In this document: one piece after another, positions 11,741-26,340 of the stretch | Numbering within the stretch: position 1 is the stretch's first letter | Layout of the letters: each line of letters opens with the position of its first letter | Origin: Eledone cirrhosa | Taxonomy: Eukaryota | NCBI GenBank assembly: GCA_964016885.1 | Contig: CAXHJY010001661.1 | Location: forward strand, 22,450-86,449 | Length of the DNA: 64,000 nucleotides | Reading direction: 5' to 3' | Notes under the pieces: model-generated | Databases searched by the model: none | Told to the model about the DNA's origin: nothing | Seen by the model: the letters and a program-made list of their open reading frames with translations, nothing else | Translations under genes and position numbers: made by a program

Positions 11741-12172
11741 ACACTCACACACGATCACAATAAAAAAAGATCTGCACAGGCGCACATGTGTGTGAGAGAG
11801 AGGGGGGGGAGAAAGAATAGTGTGAGACAGAGACATGACATTTAAAGATTGAGAAAAAATTTAAGAGATGGAAGAAAAAAAAAAATTTAGATTTCTTCTT
11901 GACACTCCATTCCTTCTGACCTCATTTTTCATCCTTCTCCCACTCCAATTCCATTACAACTTTCAAACATTCTCCATCTTCTTTCATGCTTATTCCCTGT
12001 TTTACCCCAAGGGAATTTGAAATGTTTTGTTCATGGATTATTCTGGGATGCATTTGGACTTCTTTAAGAAATGACTATGAAGTTTCAAGATAAACAGACA
12101 AACGTTCACATTTATTGTATAGATTTCATTTAATGCAAGTGTTATTTATCTTTGAAATAATATTTCAGTAGT

Positions 12173-12385
12173 TGAATTAGCAGTATCGGTAGAGAGTCGA
12201 GTACCATGCTTTGCAGCATAGAGTTACGGTCCTTTACGGTCTGAGTTCAAATCCCGCGGAGGTTAACTTTGCCTTTCATCCTTACGGGGTCGATAAAATA
12301 AAGTACCTGTCACGCACTGGGGTCAATTTAATCGACTTCCCCTTCCCCCAAATTACTGGCCTTGTGCCTATATAAGAAACCATTA
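12173..12385 (+). mobile_element. tRNA-derived SINE (long form)
   Basis: A/B boxes, conserved core, GGGGTCAATTTAATCGAC segment, ends AGAAACCATTATT. Confidence 0.9.
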
Positions 12386-12755
12386 TTTTTATGGATGAGA
12401 AATACTGCATTTAAATTTAGATGTTACAGTGTTCCAGCATTCATGATTGGTGCTGAGTCTGCGTAAACATGTAAATAATATTTAAAAAAAAGAAAATGTA
12501 GAATAATATTCTATTATGGTTTTATTCATATTCTCAGCTGGTTTACAAATTAGTTCATCTGTTATGTTTGACTACAATAAAATGTACATATATGTAGTTT
12601 CATTTTCAACAAGAAAATAATGTATATAAAAGTTGAACATGACAGATAAACAAAATATGTAGGAATACTACAGATATACGCAAAATCAGTTACGATTAAA
12701 TATAGATATGATCACAGCATTCTACAAAGTTCTCTGATAATGCATATATAAATGG

Positions 12756-12812
12756 AGTGCCTCAGCATGGCCCCAGTCTTATGACTGAAACCAGTAAAAG
12801 AATAAAAGAAAA
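12756..12812 (+). mobile_element. 3' tail of a second SINE family
   Basis: GTGCC.CAGCATGGCC.CAGTC..ATGACTGAAAC followed by an (AAAAGAAT)n-type tail; recognised from memory of octopus SINE tails, not verified. Confidence 0.5.
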
Positions 12813-12820
12813 CACATACA

Positions 12821-12897
12821 GCTGAGTTCTTGCCATTTCAACAGCTAATTCCAGACTTGAAGTCTGGAATTAACTGTTGAAACAGCAAGAACTCAGC
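12821..12897. repeat. Imperfect palindrome, 38-bp arms, 1-nt loop
   Basis: GCTGAGTTCTTGCCATTTCAACAGCTAATTCCAGACTT-G-AAGTCTGGAATTAACTGTTGAAACAGCAAGAACTCAGC; 3 mismatches. Confidence 0.9.
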
Positions 12898-12969
12898 CAT
12901 CAGAACTGACTCTTTCTAATATAGTTATACTCTGCTGAATAATGGTCATACCAGTTTAATATTGATGAA

Positions 12970-13660
12970 AGGCAGACTGATTGATGCATGCATACAAACA
13001 TCAATGTTACATGGTAGTGAGACCTGGGCGTTGTGTGTAGAAGACTTGCATAGATTAGAAAGAAACGAAGCTTGCGTGCTCTGATGGATGTGTTATAGTA
13101 ATATGCACAAACAGCAAAGTATAAACGAGCTGAGAGAGAGACTGAGCATAAGAGGAATCAAATGCTCTGTACAGGATAGGAGGTTGTGTTGGTATGGGCA
13201 TGTGATTTGTATGAAGGATGACAGCTGCATAAAAAGGTGCAGAGCACTAAAAGTCAATGGAAGCCTTGGAGTGGGGAAACACAAGAAGACCTGGGATGAG
13301 GTGATAAAAGCTGACCTTGCCCAATTGCACAGGGATGACACAAGACCGAGACCTCTGGTGTTATGCAGTAATACAGAAGACCCGGCTTCCCACGGGTACA
13401 AGCTGAAGCATATAGACAATATGCCCCTATCCCCTCCCACTGCAAAGTGGTCGTGGAAGTGTCACGACAAAAAAGCACCCAGTACTCACTATAAATAAGG
13501 TTGGTGTTAGGAAGGGCATCCAGCTGTATAAATCAAGCCAAAATCAGTTCCCGTATGAGCAAGACATGGTCACCCGACCTGGCATTGCCCAGAACAGGAC
13601 AACCCGTCTAACTCATGCTAGCGTGGAAGAATGGACGTGAAATGGTGATGATGATGATGA
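12970..13660 (+). mobile_element. 5'-truncated RTE-clade LINE, second subfamily
   Basis: ORF 13088-13498 (RRLCWYGHV...KKTWDEVI); 3' end CATGCTAGCGTGGAAGAATGGACG and a (GAT)n tail. Confidence 0.9.
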
Positions 13661-15264
13661 TATACATACACATCTACACACACACACACATATCTATATA
13701 TATGGTGCATATAATTTGTATTGAGTTTGCTAAGAAACTGACAAACTGTACATATACATGTGGACATCTATTCAAGGAGTTTGTATAAGAATAAAGAAGA
13801 ACATAACCTACATCTATGCACAAGTTACAAATGGGTCTGCATGTGTATCTGAAAGAAGAGTATGCTTTCAAACAAGTGAATCAGTTGGAAATTCTGTGCA
13901 TCTCCAAAACACATGTGTATAAAGGTTTATGTTCCTAGCTACCATGCCTTCTCAATAAAAACTGAGCTGGTTATCAAGAATATAGTTTGTTGTAGAATTC
14001 TATACTATTGAAAATTGTGCTTGTAAAGGAGAATAAGGTATAGTAACTGTGTTGAGCTCACATACGTTCTTGGTGAGTGTTCATATGTTATCTTTTAATT
14101 TATATAGTCCTTTAGCTAATGGTATCTGGGGGGAATTTAGAGGCTCATATATTTTGGTAGGTGTTAGTATTCATAGCTGAGTATGCTCATTACTCTTATT
14201 GTTTTTCTCATAAATATTTGATTTTTGTTTTTATTCTAGACATAACTTAGATTATTAGTCCTTCTGTGGCACTCAGTTAAATTTAGTTTTAGTTAATATT
14301 GATTTATCTGTGGATAACAAAGGATAACATAAGTAGAATGCATATGTGTAGTATAAGTGTTTTTTTTTATATTCGCAACATTTTATTACCATTTTCTTCC
14401 TAGTCGCTATAGCAAAAGAGTTTGTGTAATGGACATGATTGACTATGTGAGGTTAGCTTTTGAACAAAGCTTTTATATAACTGTAGGGTGGAGAAAAAAC
14501 AATTTTCCTTCAGTAAATGTAATGAAAGGTGATTAAGAGTGGCTGGTACAACATGGGCAAGATCTGTTTCCTTCAATTATTTTGCAAACAAAACCAGGAA
14601 GAGATTGGCCTTAATGCATTTAAGATATTTAGGGTACCCTATAATCTAGAAAACATGAGAATAGGGCTGGATTTAATAATAATGTATAAAAAGCTATATG
14701 CATAGAAGGAATAAAACTGGGACTATGTAAAATGTTACCAAAAAGAGCCTTTGGCCAGTTTCAGGTCGATGATTAAAGGCATTTCTGTCAGAGTAATGCT
14801 AATGGCATACTATCATCTGAAAAACCATACTGAAAAACCATACTGAACGTATGATAACTGATCTGTAAGATGTAGGTAATCTTTTGTACAGTAACCACAC
14901 CTTCATAACTTCACATTATTAGACAATTTCCTGTTCTCTCATATACAAGATGGAGACATCTGGGTTTTAAAACAATTCTGATGCCTGTACACTAAATGAG
15001 TGTCTAATCTCTATATCTAGAGAGGTTTTGTTGACTGCAAGTTTGAAAGAATGATGATTTGCATTTTATGCAATTTGCTTAAAATTTCTAGCTATTTTTT
15101 CTGTTTCCTTTGTTAACACTGTTACTGTAAGGGTTTTGTGTTATATAATTTAAAAGAACATTAGTAATATTTTGAATGTATAATTTAATGTTTTATAGCT
15201 TTTATGATTTTACATTATTCAAATTAGTTCCTTGATATATATTTCATATTTATATATAATATAA

Positions 15265-17550
15265 TTAAAGCCAAAAAGCAGGCTTTGAAAGTATGGCGGG
15301 ATAGGGGAAGTAGAGAAGACTATCAAGTGGCCATGAGGGAAGCTAGGAGACAAGTGTACTTCGCAAGAAGGGAAGCAGAGGAAACAAAGTTCAAGCATGT
15401 TCTACAACGCGAGGACCAAAAACGTGAGGTGTTTAGGATTGCTAGGCAATGTGTCAAGGATAACAGTGATATTGTCGGAGAGAAGTGTGTCCTTAATGAC
15501 GCTGATAAGAAGGTAGCTTGGAAGTGTCACTACGAAAGGCTACTAAATGAGGAGAATAATTGGGAGAAAGACAGTATTCCCCTCATCGATCCAATAGAGG
15601 GACCAGCAGTGCTAGTTGAAGGTAGTATAATAAGTAAGGCAATCAAAGATATGAAGACGGGTAAGGCGGCTGGCCATTCGGAAATAGTTGCTGAAATGCT
15701 GAAAGCATCTGGAATGGTGGGACACACTATGGTCACCCGGATAGTAAACCAAGTCATACAGAATGGGGTCGTTCCGAAGGACTGGCGTAGTAGCATCATC
15801 ATTAACTGCTACAAGGGTAAAGGAGATGCCCTAGATAGGGGTAACTATAGAGGCATTAAATTAATCGACCAGGTCATGAAGGTCACAGAAAAAAGTAATA
15901 GCGCAACTAATCAGAGAGCGAATTGATCTAGATGAAATGCAGTTCGGGTTTGTGTCAGGTAAAAGTACCACAGACACTGTTTTCATTGTACGACAACTAC
16001 AGGAGAAGTACCTAGCTAAAAGTAAACCCCTATACTTAGCTTTTTTTGACTTGGAGAAAGCCTTTGACAGAGTCCCCCGCTCCATTATCTGGTGGGCCCT
16101 TAGAAAACTAGGTGTTGATGAATGGCTTGTGAGAGCTATACAAGCCATGTATAAAGAAACAGTCAGCAAGGTTAGAATTAACAACGAATATAGTGAAGAG
16201 TTTAGCGTAAAAGTTGGTGTTCATCAGGGCTCCGTCCTTAGCCCCCTACTATTTATTATTGCCCTTCAGGCTATAACAGAGGAGTTCAAGACTGGCTGCC
16301 CATGGGAACTCCTATACACAGATGATCTAACGCTCCTAGCTGAATCAATGGCCGAACTAGAGAAGAAATTCCAAATATGGAAGCATGGCCTAGAATCAAA
16401 AGGCCTTAAAATTAACCTGTCTAAGACTAAAGTTCTAGTTTGTAGGAAGGAAAATAGGGCACCAGTCCCATCTGGGAAATGGCCATGCTCAGTGTGTAGG
16501 AAAGGAGTAGACAGAAACTCCATTTTATGTCCCAAATGCAAAGTATGGGTGCATAAAAGATGTAGTGGGATCACAGGTAAGCTAACTAAGAATATAGATT
16601 TTATATGTGGCTGGTGCTCTGATGCAATAAGTAGCAGCAAGTGCCCACAGAATACTAACTCATTCCATTGCACAGATGGTTCTATAGAAATAGTGGACAC
16701 CTTCTGTTACCTGGGTGACAAAATCAGCAGTGGTGGAGGGTGCTCTGAAAGTACAGTAGCTAGAGTCAGAACAGGATGGAAAAAGTTCAGAGAGCTTATA
16801 CCACTATTGGCCGCTAAAGGGTTCTCTCTAAAAATGAAAGGCAGGCTGTATGATACCTGCATACGAACAGCAATGTTGCATGGCAGTGAGACCTGGGCAT
16901 TGTGTGCAGAGGATATACGCAGACTGGAGAGGAACGAAGCTTGCATGCTCCGCTGGATGTGTAATAGTAATATACGTGAACGGCAAAGCATAAATGAACT
17001 AAGGGAGAAATTAGGAATAAGAGGGATCAGATCCTGTTTACTCGAGAGAAGACTACGTTGGTACGGTCACGTGATGTGCATGAAAGACGACAGCTGTATA
17101 AAAAAGTGCAGGGCGATAAAAATAGACAGTAGCCACGGAGTAGGCAGACCCAGAAAAACCTGGGATGACTTGATAAATTCCAACCTCACACACACCTCTC
17201 CAAGACAATGCCACTGGACCGAGATCTTTGGCGCTACACAGTCATACCGAAGACCCGCCTTGCCTAAGTACAAAGCGAAACCTACAGTCAGTAGGCACCT
17301 CTAACAAAAATACACCCCGTGTAGGTGTCACGACAAAAAAACACACAGTCCACGCTGTAATGTGGCCGTGTAGGTAACACGGTAAAAACCTCCCATTCCA
17401 CACTGTAAACGTGGTTGGTGTTAGGAAGGGCAGACAGTCCTATATGAGCAAGACAACCAATCTTGCCTCAAGTGGGAAAATTCCCATCCAAATCCATGCT
17501 AGCGTGGAAGATGGACGTTAAACGACGATGATGATGATGATGATGATGAT
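15265..17550 (+). mobile_element. 5'-truncated RTE-clade LINE with RT domain and PHD-like finger
   Basis: ORFs 15285-15926 and 15937-17304 are joined by a frameshift at the A-run near 15890. Motifs NYRGIKL, QFGF, DLEKAFDRVP, GVHQGSVLSP, YTDD, FCYLG, HGSETW; (GAT)n tail at 17525-17550. Confidence 0.95.
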
Positions 17551-18218
17551 TTGTTAACATCTATCATATTCATATACTTATAAATAAAAGAAAATATTTA
17601 TTGATGGAATGAAACAAAATTGATTCAAACATGAGGTTATTATTGATGAGTTTCAGCTATGTCAAATTCTTTATATAATTTACCTTCTATTTCATAAGCA
17701 TCTAAAAATCTCGAAGTTTCAAAATCAATTAAAAATTATGTTAGAACCGAAATTTTCAGTAGATTATATCAGCGAAATACAGATAACATCCAATGTGAAA
17801 GTTACATTAAGCTAAATTTTAATTGATCACTTTCAAGATGTAATTGAAGAAATATTTGATTATCAAAATATTTATAACATTACAAATAATAGTTTGAAAT
17901 TAATAAGTTATTATATTAACATTACAGAAGAGGCATTAATAATACTAGAAAGTCTAGTGTGGAAAAAGCTATTAATTTTTTTTATCGTAATACTGCTCTG
18001 TAGCTAGATAATGTATAATACAGTGATTTATGCTTATATACAATCTGACACCTGTAACATGATAATTTATATACTATAGACTAGAGTGAAGACTCTGAAG
18101 TGTAATAAATATAAAAGCCTTACAAGTATTACATACATTAGTAGTCATCAGTCTTTTAGCTTTTAATAAGTTAGAAAAGCTCTTGTTGAAATGTTTTAGT
18201 CCAGAATTAGAATGGTAT

Positions 18219-18600
18219 TTAACCCTTTAATACCAAATTGCCTGAAACCACCCATGATTCTATGACACAAAACTGTTTGTTTTAAAGTGTTTATATTAAT
18301 CTAAGCCCCTTCCATCATAATCCTTTGTAAGAACATTTGTTGAATTATATTCTAAACATTAACTTGTTGGTAAGAAAGTTATATTACTAAACTGCTTCAA
18401 ATTCATGATTATCTTTTTTTTCACCCATTTATACTTTCCAGCTGGTCTTGTTTCCAATTGATGCAGTTGGATCCCCAAGCAGACCAGCTGACCTCATGAA
18501 TGTTATCCAGCCATCTTGCTTGGGGTATTGATTATTTTAAAAAAAAGTGAAAATAGTAACCAGTGTCTTTCATTAGAAATATGGTAATGAAAGAAGTAAT
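18219..18600. mobile_element. piggyBac-like MITE (TTAA-CCCTTT terminus), decayed
   Basis: Starts TTAACCCTTTAATACC and ends AGAAATATGGTAATGAAAG; it resembles the reverse complement of the 38547-38800 copy. Confidence 0.5.
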
Positions 18601-20680
18601 ACTCTTTAGTTAGTGAACTTTCTACCAGTGAGTTTGAATATATGATTTGATTTGTAAAATACATACTGCTTTAGCATACATGGTGAGGCTTGGAAAAACA
18701 TTTGTTTTTAAATGTCTGATTTTTTAACATATCAAGAAAGTTCACATAAAACGGAGTTTAAATGTGCCTCTTTCACTCACCATACAGTTCTTCAACCTAC
18801 TAGAAATAGCAGGTAATTCTCCTTCAAATCATAACCTACCATCCTAAATTAAAAAGGATACACATAGATTTATTTGATCTGAACTAACTTGAGATTAAAT
18901 AACAATAACACTTTTTTTATTATTAATTCATGAATAATGGAATGTTGTGTTGTTTTACTCTTGTCTCCTGATGCATTGAATTCAGGATAATGAGAAGTTG
19001 ATATTTTTGCCACAAACAACTTCTGATCAAATTATTTTTTCACAAGAATTCTGTTACAGACACCACTTGAAAAAAATTATCTATTTTCATGTTGCTGCTT
19101 TTATCCAGGTCACATCTTTATGAAGCAGGCCTATGATCAAAGGCATTCTAGCCATAACCATTGCAATGTTTCTTTCATACAATGTTTATACAGGATAATA
19201 TTATTCAACGTGTTATTATTCATTTAGAGGAAAAATAGAATATTAGCTAAAAACATTTAGCTGCTGTTTCTAGCAGCATCTGACATGTGATACCGTTTAT
19301 AGGCTCCTTAATTGGCTTATCTATAGACACCATCCACCTTTATGATACATTTAATAACTCTGATGAATATTAAAAGATTTTTCTTTTTAATCATGTGAGT
19401 ATTAATGTTTATTAAGCCAGCAGATGTGTCTGAATAATTGTCTGATTAAAGCATAGTAATTCTACATTAATACTGTCCTCCATTCTTTTTTAGTGGAGGT
19501 TTGGAGAAATAGAATGTAGATTAATAGACTATCTCATTATCAGTTTAGATGAACTTCTTATTTCAGATAGAAAATGAAGCATATTGATTTGTATACATAT
19601 ATTTGAGTGTTTGTATTGACTGAAAAAGAGCAACATATAATTATAGTGTTGAACTAAATGGGAAATAGCACCAGATTTACATAATTTTAGCTGTAGAACA
19701 CTTTCCAAAAGTTATTATAAACCATCCAATATCAGTGTGTGGTGAGCAATCTACTACTATGCTAATAATATCTATTTTATATGTGATTTACATGGAAAAT
19801 GAAACCAAATCAATAATCTGAAAATTGCAATAAAAATGAAAAATAAATTAGAATTTATTTGAATATTTCAGTAGATATTATTTTGATAATTAACACTTAA
19901 ATAGGTATCAGAAATATTTGACTGTGTGGAATGTTTGATAAACATTCCAAACGTAGAATTTATGATATATTTGCCACATAATTCCTTTTCTTTTGTTGAT
20001 GTCCTTTTCTCCGAGCAGACTCTTCAGGCTCCAAGATATTTGAAATTTTCAATAACTTTTAACTGCTCTACGGTTTTTCATATGGTTGCAAGCCATGGAC
20101 ATCACACCAAAGCTTGAAAATGTATTGCTGTATGCTATGGATGGTTGTTAACATCACTTGGAATAGCCACACCCAATACAGAACTTTATAATGATCTGCC
20201 AAAGTTAACAGAAAAGATATCTCAGGAAAAATTACAATCAGCATGTCCTAAGATCTAGTGCTATAGCAATCAACTCATATATGGTTTAGCTGCAAGAGTC
20301 TATGCACCAACTTCATTGATATATATGAAAAAGATTATCAATAGGAGATTTTATCAAATATATGAGCAGTAAGCGTAAAACGAAACATTTGGCATGGGTA
20401 TATTTCCCTGGTTTGGTACAAAGATTAGCTGAGATGAAATGACATGATGCTTAGAGAGTAGAGAGGAAGTAGTGCTGCAAAATTCTTTCTTTGATGTATC
20501 TAGTGGTTGTTTATTTTGAAGATGATGTTGTCTCATGAGAGAATATGTTTTTGATTTGAAATGTATTATTAGCTATGAACCTGTATATTTATTAGAATGA
20601 TTTATAGTAAAGTGCATAAAATTTTGGGCAAGTTGTTAACTTCTGCAAAATGGTTACTACATTCCATTTATTATACACAT

Positions 20681-20733
20681 ACGTCTAACCCATGCTAGCA
20701 TGGAAGATGGACGTTAAATGAAGATGATGATCA
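20681..20733 (+). mobile_element. RTE 3' tip
   Basis: CGTCTAACCCATGCTAGCATGGAAGATGGACGTTAAATGAAGATGATGAT. Confidence 0.85.
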
Positions 20734-22675
20734 TTCATAATTTTGTTGAGTAGAATCAGATTTGCCGAGAATGAAAACATGTCCTTGATCAACTCTAATT
20801 TTACATTGTATGCATTGGGGTTATGTCATTTGCTTACTGTTTTTATATTTTAAACATCAATACATGAAGTCATTTGTCTACGAAATACTTGGATTATCTT
20901 AGTTTATTGCGGTTTATCAACTCTCAATATGAGACCCTACCATATTTAAATACCAGCTTTCAGTAATTTCACTTTTTTCCTGCTGCCAATGCATTTGAGA
21001 AAGTATAGAGTATCATATTCTTCCAATGTTAAAATATGAAGGAAATGGGAAAACAAGATATTTGTGTCTTATCAAAAATAAATTGATAATAATATTGAAT
21101 TTAAACCTAGATACTGCTAAATGATCTTTAAAATTTTGAAAACTTAAAAGATTCTTACAAAATAATTCAACTTCAAAGCTTAGTCAATAAATCATTGATA
21201 TTGATAGAACTTTTAAATTCTCAAGGCTAAAATATGATTTATGACTTTCTTTTGAATAAGGTTAGCAATTTTAAACTGTTTATGCAATAATTGATTGAAA
21301 ATAGAATTAAGGAAATCAATTTTCTATAGCAGAAAAAAAATTCTGAAACAATTTGAAGATAAAAGAATAAATAATGAAAATATATCTAATGAAGAATTAA
21401 TTAACAAGAATCCCAAAACCTAAAATGTAACAATCTTTCTACAAGCTAAATTAATCTTTTAAATGCTCCCTTCTTGTTCACAATCATTGAAAATAATTCC
21501 CATTGAAATGAAAAGAAAAATGTTAAAATAACCCGAAATTTACATATTACTTTTTGGAGTATTGATTTAAAAAATATAAACTTGATGACAAAAATACCTT
21601 GGTGATTTAACATAGTTATTAAAGGATATATTGAGAACACATATCACCTGAACTCTCTCAGTCAACAATTATTTTCAATGATCCAATATTTTTCTTCTTC
21701 ATCAGATCTCATTTGTAGAATTGGATTACATACTTATCATTTAAATTAAATCAGAAGCCTTCGCTTAAGTTGTAAAGCATTCTTTTCTTGGAATTTACCT
21801 TCTATTAGAAGCATTTCTATATTCATTTTAATAATATTTAATTCCATCATATACAGCTGCTCACCAAGCAGACTGTTGATTCATTGCTATTTCTCTGAAG
21901 AACACAAGTTGATGACAGGCTCTTAGAAAGTAGTATTTACTTCATATTTCTTTAATTTTACTGTATGTAAAACTTTTTCCAAATCAAAGATGGGCATGCA
22001 GGGTTTATTTCTGAATTCTTTTGTCTGGTGATTCTTAAACATTGTTCTATCAACCATAACAGAAATTTATAAACGATCATTTAAATACAATATATATAAT
22101 TGAGTTGTAGTATACACTAGTATATCTTGAAATTTTTTAATTTGACATTGAAAAATTTTATAAAAATCACATCAATGATATTGCTTCTGTATTTTGATGT
22201 AACTGTTATTGACAGTTCATTCCATACATCGATACAAAGTATTTGTATTAAAAGAAAAAAACTTTAAATTGTAATAGGTTGTTTCTGTTGTTAAAACACA
22301 TATACAATGGCATGTAAAATTTAAAAATTCAATTTCTTGATTGGTTTCAATTGGCCAGGGAATGGTGACTACCAAAATATAGGAATATATTATATATTCT
22401 CTTTTTTATTGTGAATCTGATTTTGATAGAATGGTTTCCCCACTATAGAAAGCAGCTAATTTAACTGAATTCCTAAAGTACTATTATTTGAGTAATGCAC
22501 ACATAAATGGTGTTATCTTCATGAATTCCAGAGTAAATATGTCAAATTTGTTCTCTCAAATTTATTGTTGTTTCATATAAACATTTAGTTGCTTGCATTT
22601 AAAATAATTTTTACAGTTTGTATCAAATATGAACTTTTTCTTATAAAGAAACATAATTATCATAAGCAAATGATA

Positions 22676-22860
22676 GTGGATTGGCAGTATTGGTAGAGGG
22701 TCGGACGCCATGCTTTCTAGCATAGTTACGTCCCTTTATGGTCTGAGTTCAAATCCCGCCGAGGTTAACTTTGCCTTTCATCCTTACGTGGTCGATAAAA
22801 TAAAGTACCAGTAATGCACTGGTAATTACTGGCCTTGTGCCTAACGTAGAAACAATAATT
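22676..22860 (+). mobile_element. tRNA-derived SINE (short form)
   Basis: A/B boxes, core, ends GTAGAAACAATAATT. Confidence 0.92.
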
Positions 22861-24914
22861 ATCCTAAGCAGTTTACTGCTGTTTTGTCAGTATATGAACT
22901 TAAAACCATGCAGAGACAAATTGGATATAACAGTTAAATTGGCTCCTAATGATATATCATTCATTCTTTACTTGCTCCCATGTCACTCATGCAGTTTGTC
23001 AAGAATCATTTTAAATTATATACATATATTATCAATTTGAAGCAAAATCCTTTATGTAATATTTTTCAGAGTAAATAAATAAGATTTCTTAACGCTTATG
23101 TGTACATTGAAAGTATTTCTAACACAAGCTATCAAACCTAAAATTTAAGTATTCTGAGAAATATATATTCAAGGATATATTTAAAATGTTTCATCTCTTA
23201 AAAAGTAATGTTCCAGTAATATAATATAAAGAGAGATCCTGCAAAGAGAATATTTAATCATCAAGGAATTTATTATTCAACTTTAATAATATGTGACAAA
23301 ATGCTATGTATCATATTTACCCAAACCTTCTAGATACACCTTTCAGTATCTCTATGTATCATTCAAAATACCTCAGACTAATCATTTGCTTCACCTTTTC
23401 TCCTTATAACTGCACCCTTCTTGAATTTCTTTCCAGACTAATTCTAATTTCTCACAGACATAAATTTACAGATGCTTAAAGTAAATATCTTCTGCCTTGA
23501 TCTCATCTGAATCAGTTTGCATAGGACACTGCTACTTCTCCAATTAAATAACCCGAAAAATGATTTCATATGGACAAAATATATTGCATTGAAACAGTTG
23601 AAGAACTTAGGAAAGCTTATTTCATAAAGAGCATAAAATTATATTCTGATATTAATTCTAATGTTCAGAGTTTTATAATCAACAGTGAACTTCTTATGGG
23701 AGTACTAGAAATACTTTAAGAACTGAGTTTTTGCATAATTTAGTTAGCATTGCAGAATCATTCAAACCATAGAACTATCTACTATAATACATATTTTATA
23801 TAAGTGTACTTGATATCATGCACAGTAACAATCATATTGTGCACCATTCCTGCAGATAAAGCTTAGATAAGCTAGCAGGAAACATGAACTAGTGTAACAG
23901 GCAGTTTAATCAACCAACATCTAAGCAATATAATCATATTTCATTGAATGAAAGGCAGCATAGAAGAACATAATATGCGAGGAACTAACTCATACTTTTA
24001 ATTGCAATGACAAGCTAAACTTTTAAGATAGTTTTAAGAAATGACCATATTCAACATTAAGAACCAACTTCCATAAAAGGACTACTAAATAAGTAGCATT
24101 CCAGTATGTTTGTACTAAAGATATACCATAAACAAACTGAAAGATTCTTCTATAGAAAATCTAGTGCAAACAACTTTGTTCCAAAAATGTAATGTATACA
24201 AAATAATGTGTTGAAATAGTTGCAATATACTCATTGTTTTAACCTATACACATTTCATTAAATGCATCTTCTATTAGACTTTACAAAACTTGGTTATGGT
24301 ACCAATCAGCTTTTCTAATCATTAGTACATTCTTAATTGTTAATATACATTTGATTTCTTATATAATGTTTTAGCATTGATACCTTGAAGGTAGCATTCT
24401 TTGTATTAAGTAATCTGATTACACAAAAGAATCTTAGATGGTGTCTTTCCATCTCTCTTTAATGTTCCTAAAACTTTCAAATATTACTGGTTATTCTTTG
24501 TTCTATACTACCAGTGTAATTACTGTATTCTATGTGTATATATTTTCATGTTATTAGAATTCCTTTATGTTAGTTACATTAGATAATGTGCATTTATGCT
24601 ACTAGAGCCTGCAGATACATGTATTCTGTTGTTAGTCTTTTCAAAACTACTCAAAAAGTTATTTTAGTTGTAGTATTATTATATATATTGTGTCCTGCCT
24701 GTCTTCATATTTTACACGTTTTTTTGTATATTTATGTAATTTCTGGTCCATTAAAACGTTGATTGGGAAATGTTTTAGGTACATTTTCAAATAGCTTTTA
24801 AAATTCACAATAGATTCAAGGAACACAAAATTTAATAAGTTTATCTCTCATAATCAAGAGGGTGTTCCATTCCTGTCTTGAGTAAAATGTTGTATTTACC
24901 TTTATCGCCATAGT

Positions 24915-26340
24915 TATCATAATTTAACACCTGCTTTTCCATGCTTGCATAGCTGGAAAAGGGACAACATAAACCAAGTCAGTAATTAATTGGAGCCACT
25001 GATCTTTCAGATGCACTGGCAACCTGCATCTTGCTTACTTGAGTAAAAACAGATTACAGAATGTACAGGGTACATTTTACCGTGGCACCATCACTAGTGA
25101 GGATGTTATACTTTTGACACAATTGATAGGTCCTCCTAGTCTTTTGTTTGGCATTATTCCTACAGCGGTGGATTGGCAGTATCGGTAGAGGATTGGACGC
25201 CATGCTTTCCAGCATAGTTACGTCCCTTTACGATCTGAGTTCATATCCCGCCGAGGTTGACTTTGTATTTCATCCTTACGAGGTCTATAAAATAAAGTAC
25301 CAGTAATGCACTGGGTAATTGCTGGCCTTGTGCCTAAAGTAGAAACAATTATTTCTACAGCTGGAGGCTCTTCCTAACACTAATCACTTTACAGAGTGTA
25401 CATGATGCATTTCTCATGCCACCATCACTAGAACTAGAGATGTTGTTCCTTCAATCCTTCTGGCACTGTTCCTACGTCTGGAAGTCCTTCTTAACACCAA
25501 TGACTTTATGAAGTGCACTAGGTGCATTTGTATGTGTAACCAGTACTGTGAGAAGGAGGAGGAGGGATGATCTTTGACCTTGGAAAGCCATGTTTCAGGA
25601 GTGAGAAGAGGGATAAAAAGGGTAGCAAGTAAGTGTTCATGGAAGTATAAGGAAAGATGACAAATATTATGTTTTCATGACAATTATGATGGGATTTGGC
25701 ATAGTAAAACTTTGGTGAGTAACTATCTAAGATAGAGTGAGGGGTACAGTGATGATGACCACCATTACTAAAGAAATAATAGAAGTGTGATGGGATTTAA
25801 CATGGTAAGTCAGTAGGAGTATGAGAGTGATCTCAGATACAGTAGGGAGTATAGTGATGATGTAAATAGTTAGTTAAGAGGGATGAGGTGAGCAGTTAGA
25901 ATATGTAAGGATGAGAGCAGGCTATGTCGCAACTGCACAAAAGATGCATTAGATGGAGGGAATAGTGGTTTTTATAGAGCGATATGGTGTTTTTATTGGT
26001 GGCTCTTCTTCCATAGCCGATGTTTCTAGTCATCAGGATCATTTATCAGCTCTGTTATGAGATTCAGCTTCATAAATTTAACTTTCAGTACTTCATCAGA
26101 TGTCCTCCTAAGTTTAATCCTCCCACAAGTCCAAACTACTAAGCATGTTCTGCGTTTTCTGTAGCTCTTATCTTCCATATGTGTCACATGTCCATATCAC
26201 CACTGTCTTCTCTCCTGCACACCACATCAAATTCCTCATTTATATCTCTGCTCACTTATGCTACATCTTTCATACATTACACATCTGACTAAGCATACTC
26301 ACTTTATTTATTTATTGCCATTGCAGATGTTCTACACTTA
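24915..26340 (-). mobile_element. Old decayed RTE-clade LINE (3' part), interrupted by a SINE
   Basis: Reverse-complement 3' tip TTTTCCATGCTTGCAT near 24935-24950 and an RRxWxGHV-region remnant near 26180-26240. Confidence 0.55.
25164..25347 (+). mobile_element. tRNA-derived SINE (short form) with 14-bp TSD
   Basis: TSD ATTATTCCTACAGC (25153-25166) / ATTATTTCTACAGC (25348-25361). Confidence 0.92.

Noticed and set aside
20880-24100. Possible very old CR1/L2 remnants (e.g. minus-strand 'IDVWNEL' near 22215-22235)
   Set aside because: Too degraded to set boundaries or confirm by eye.
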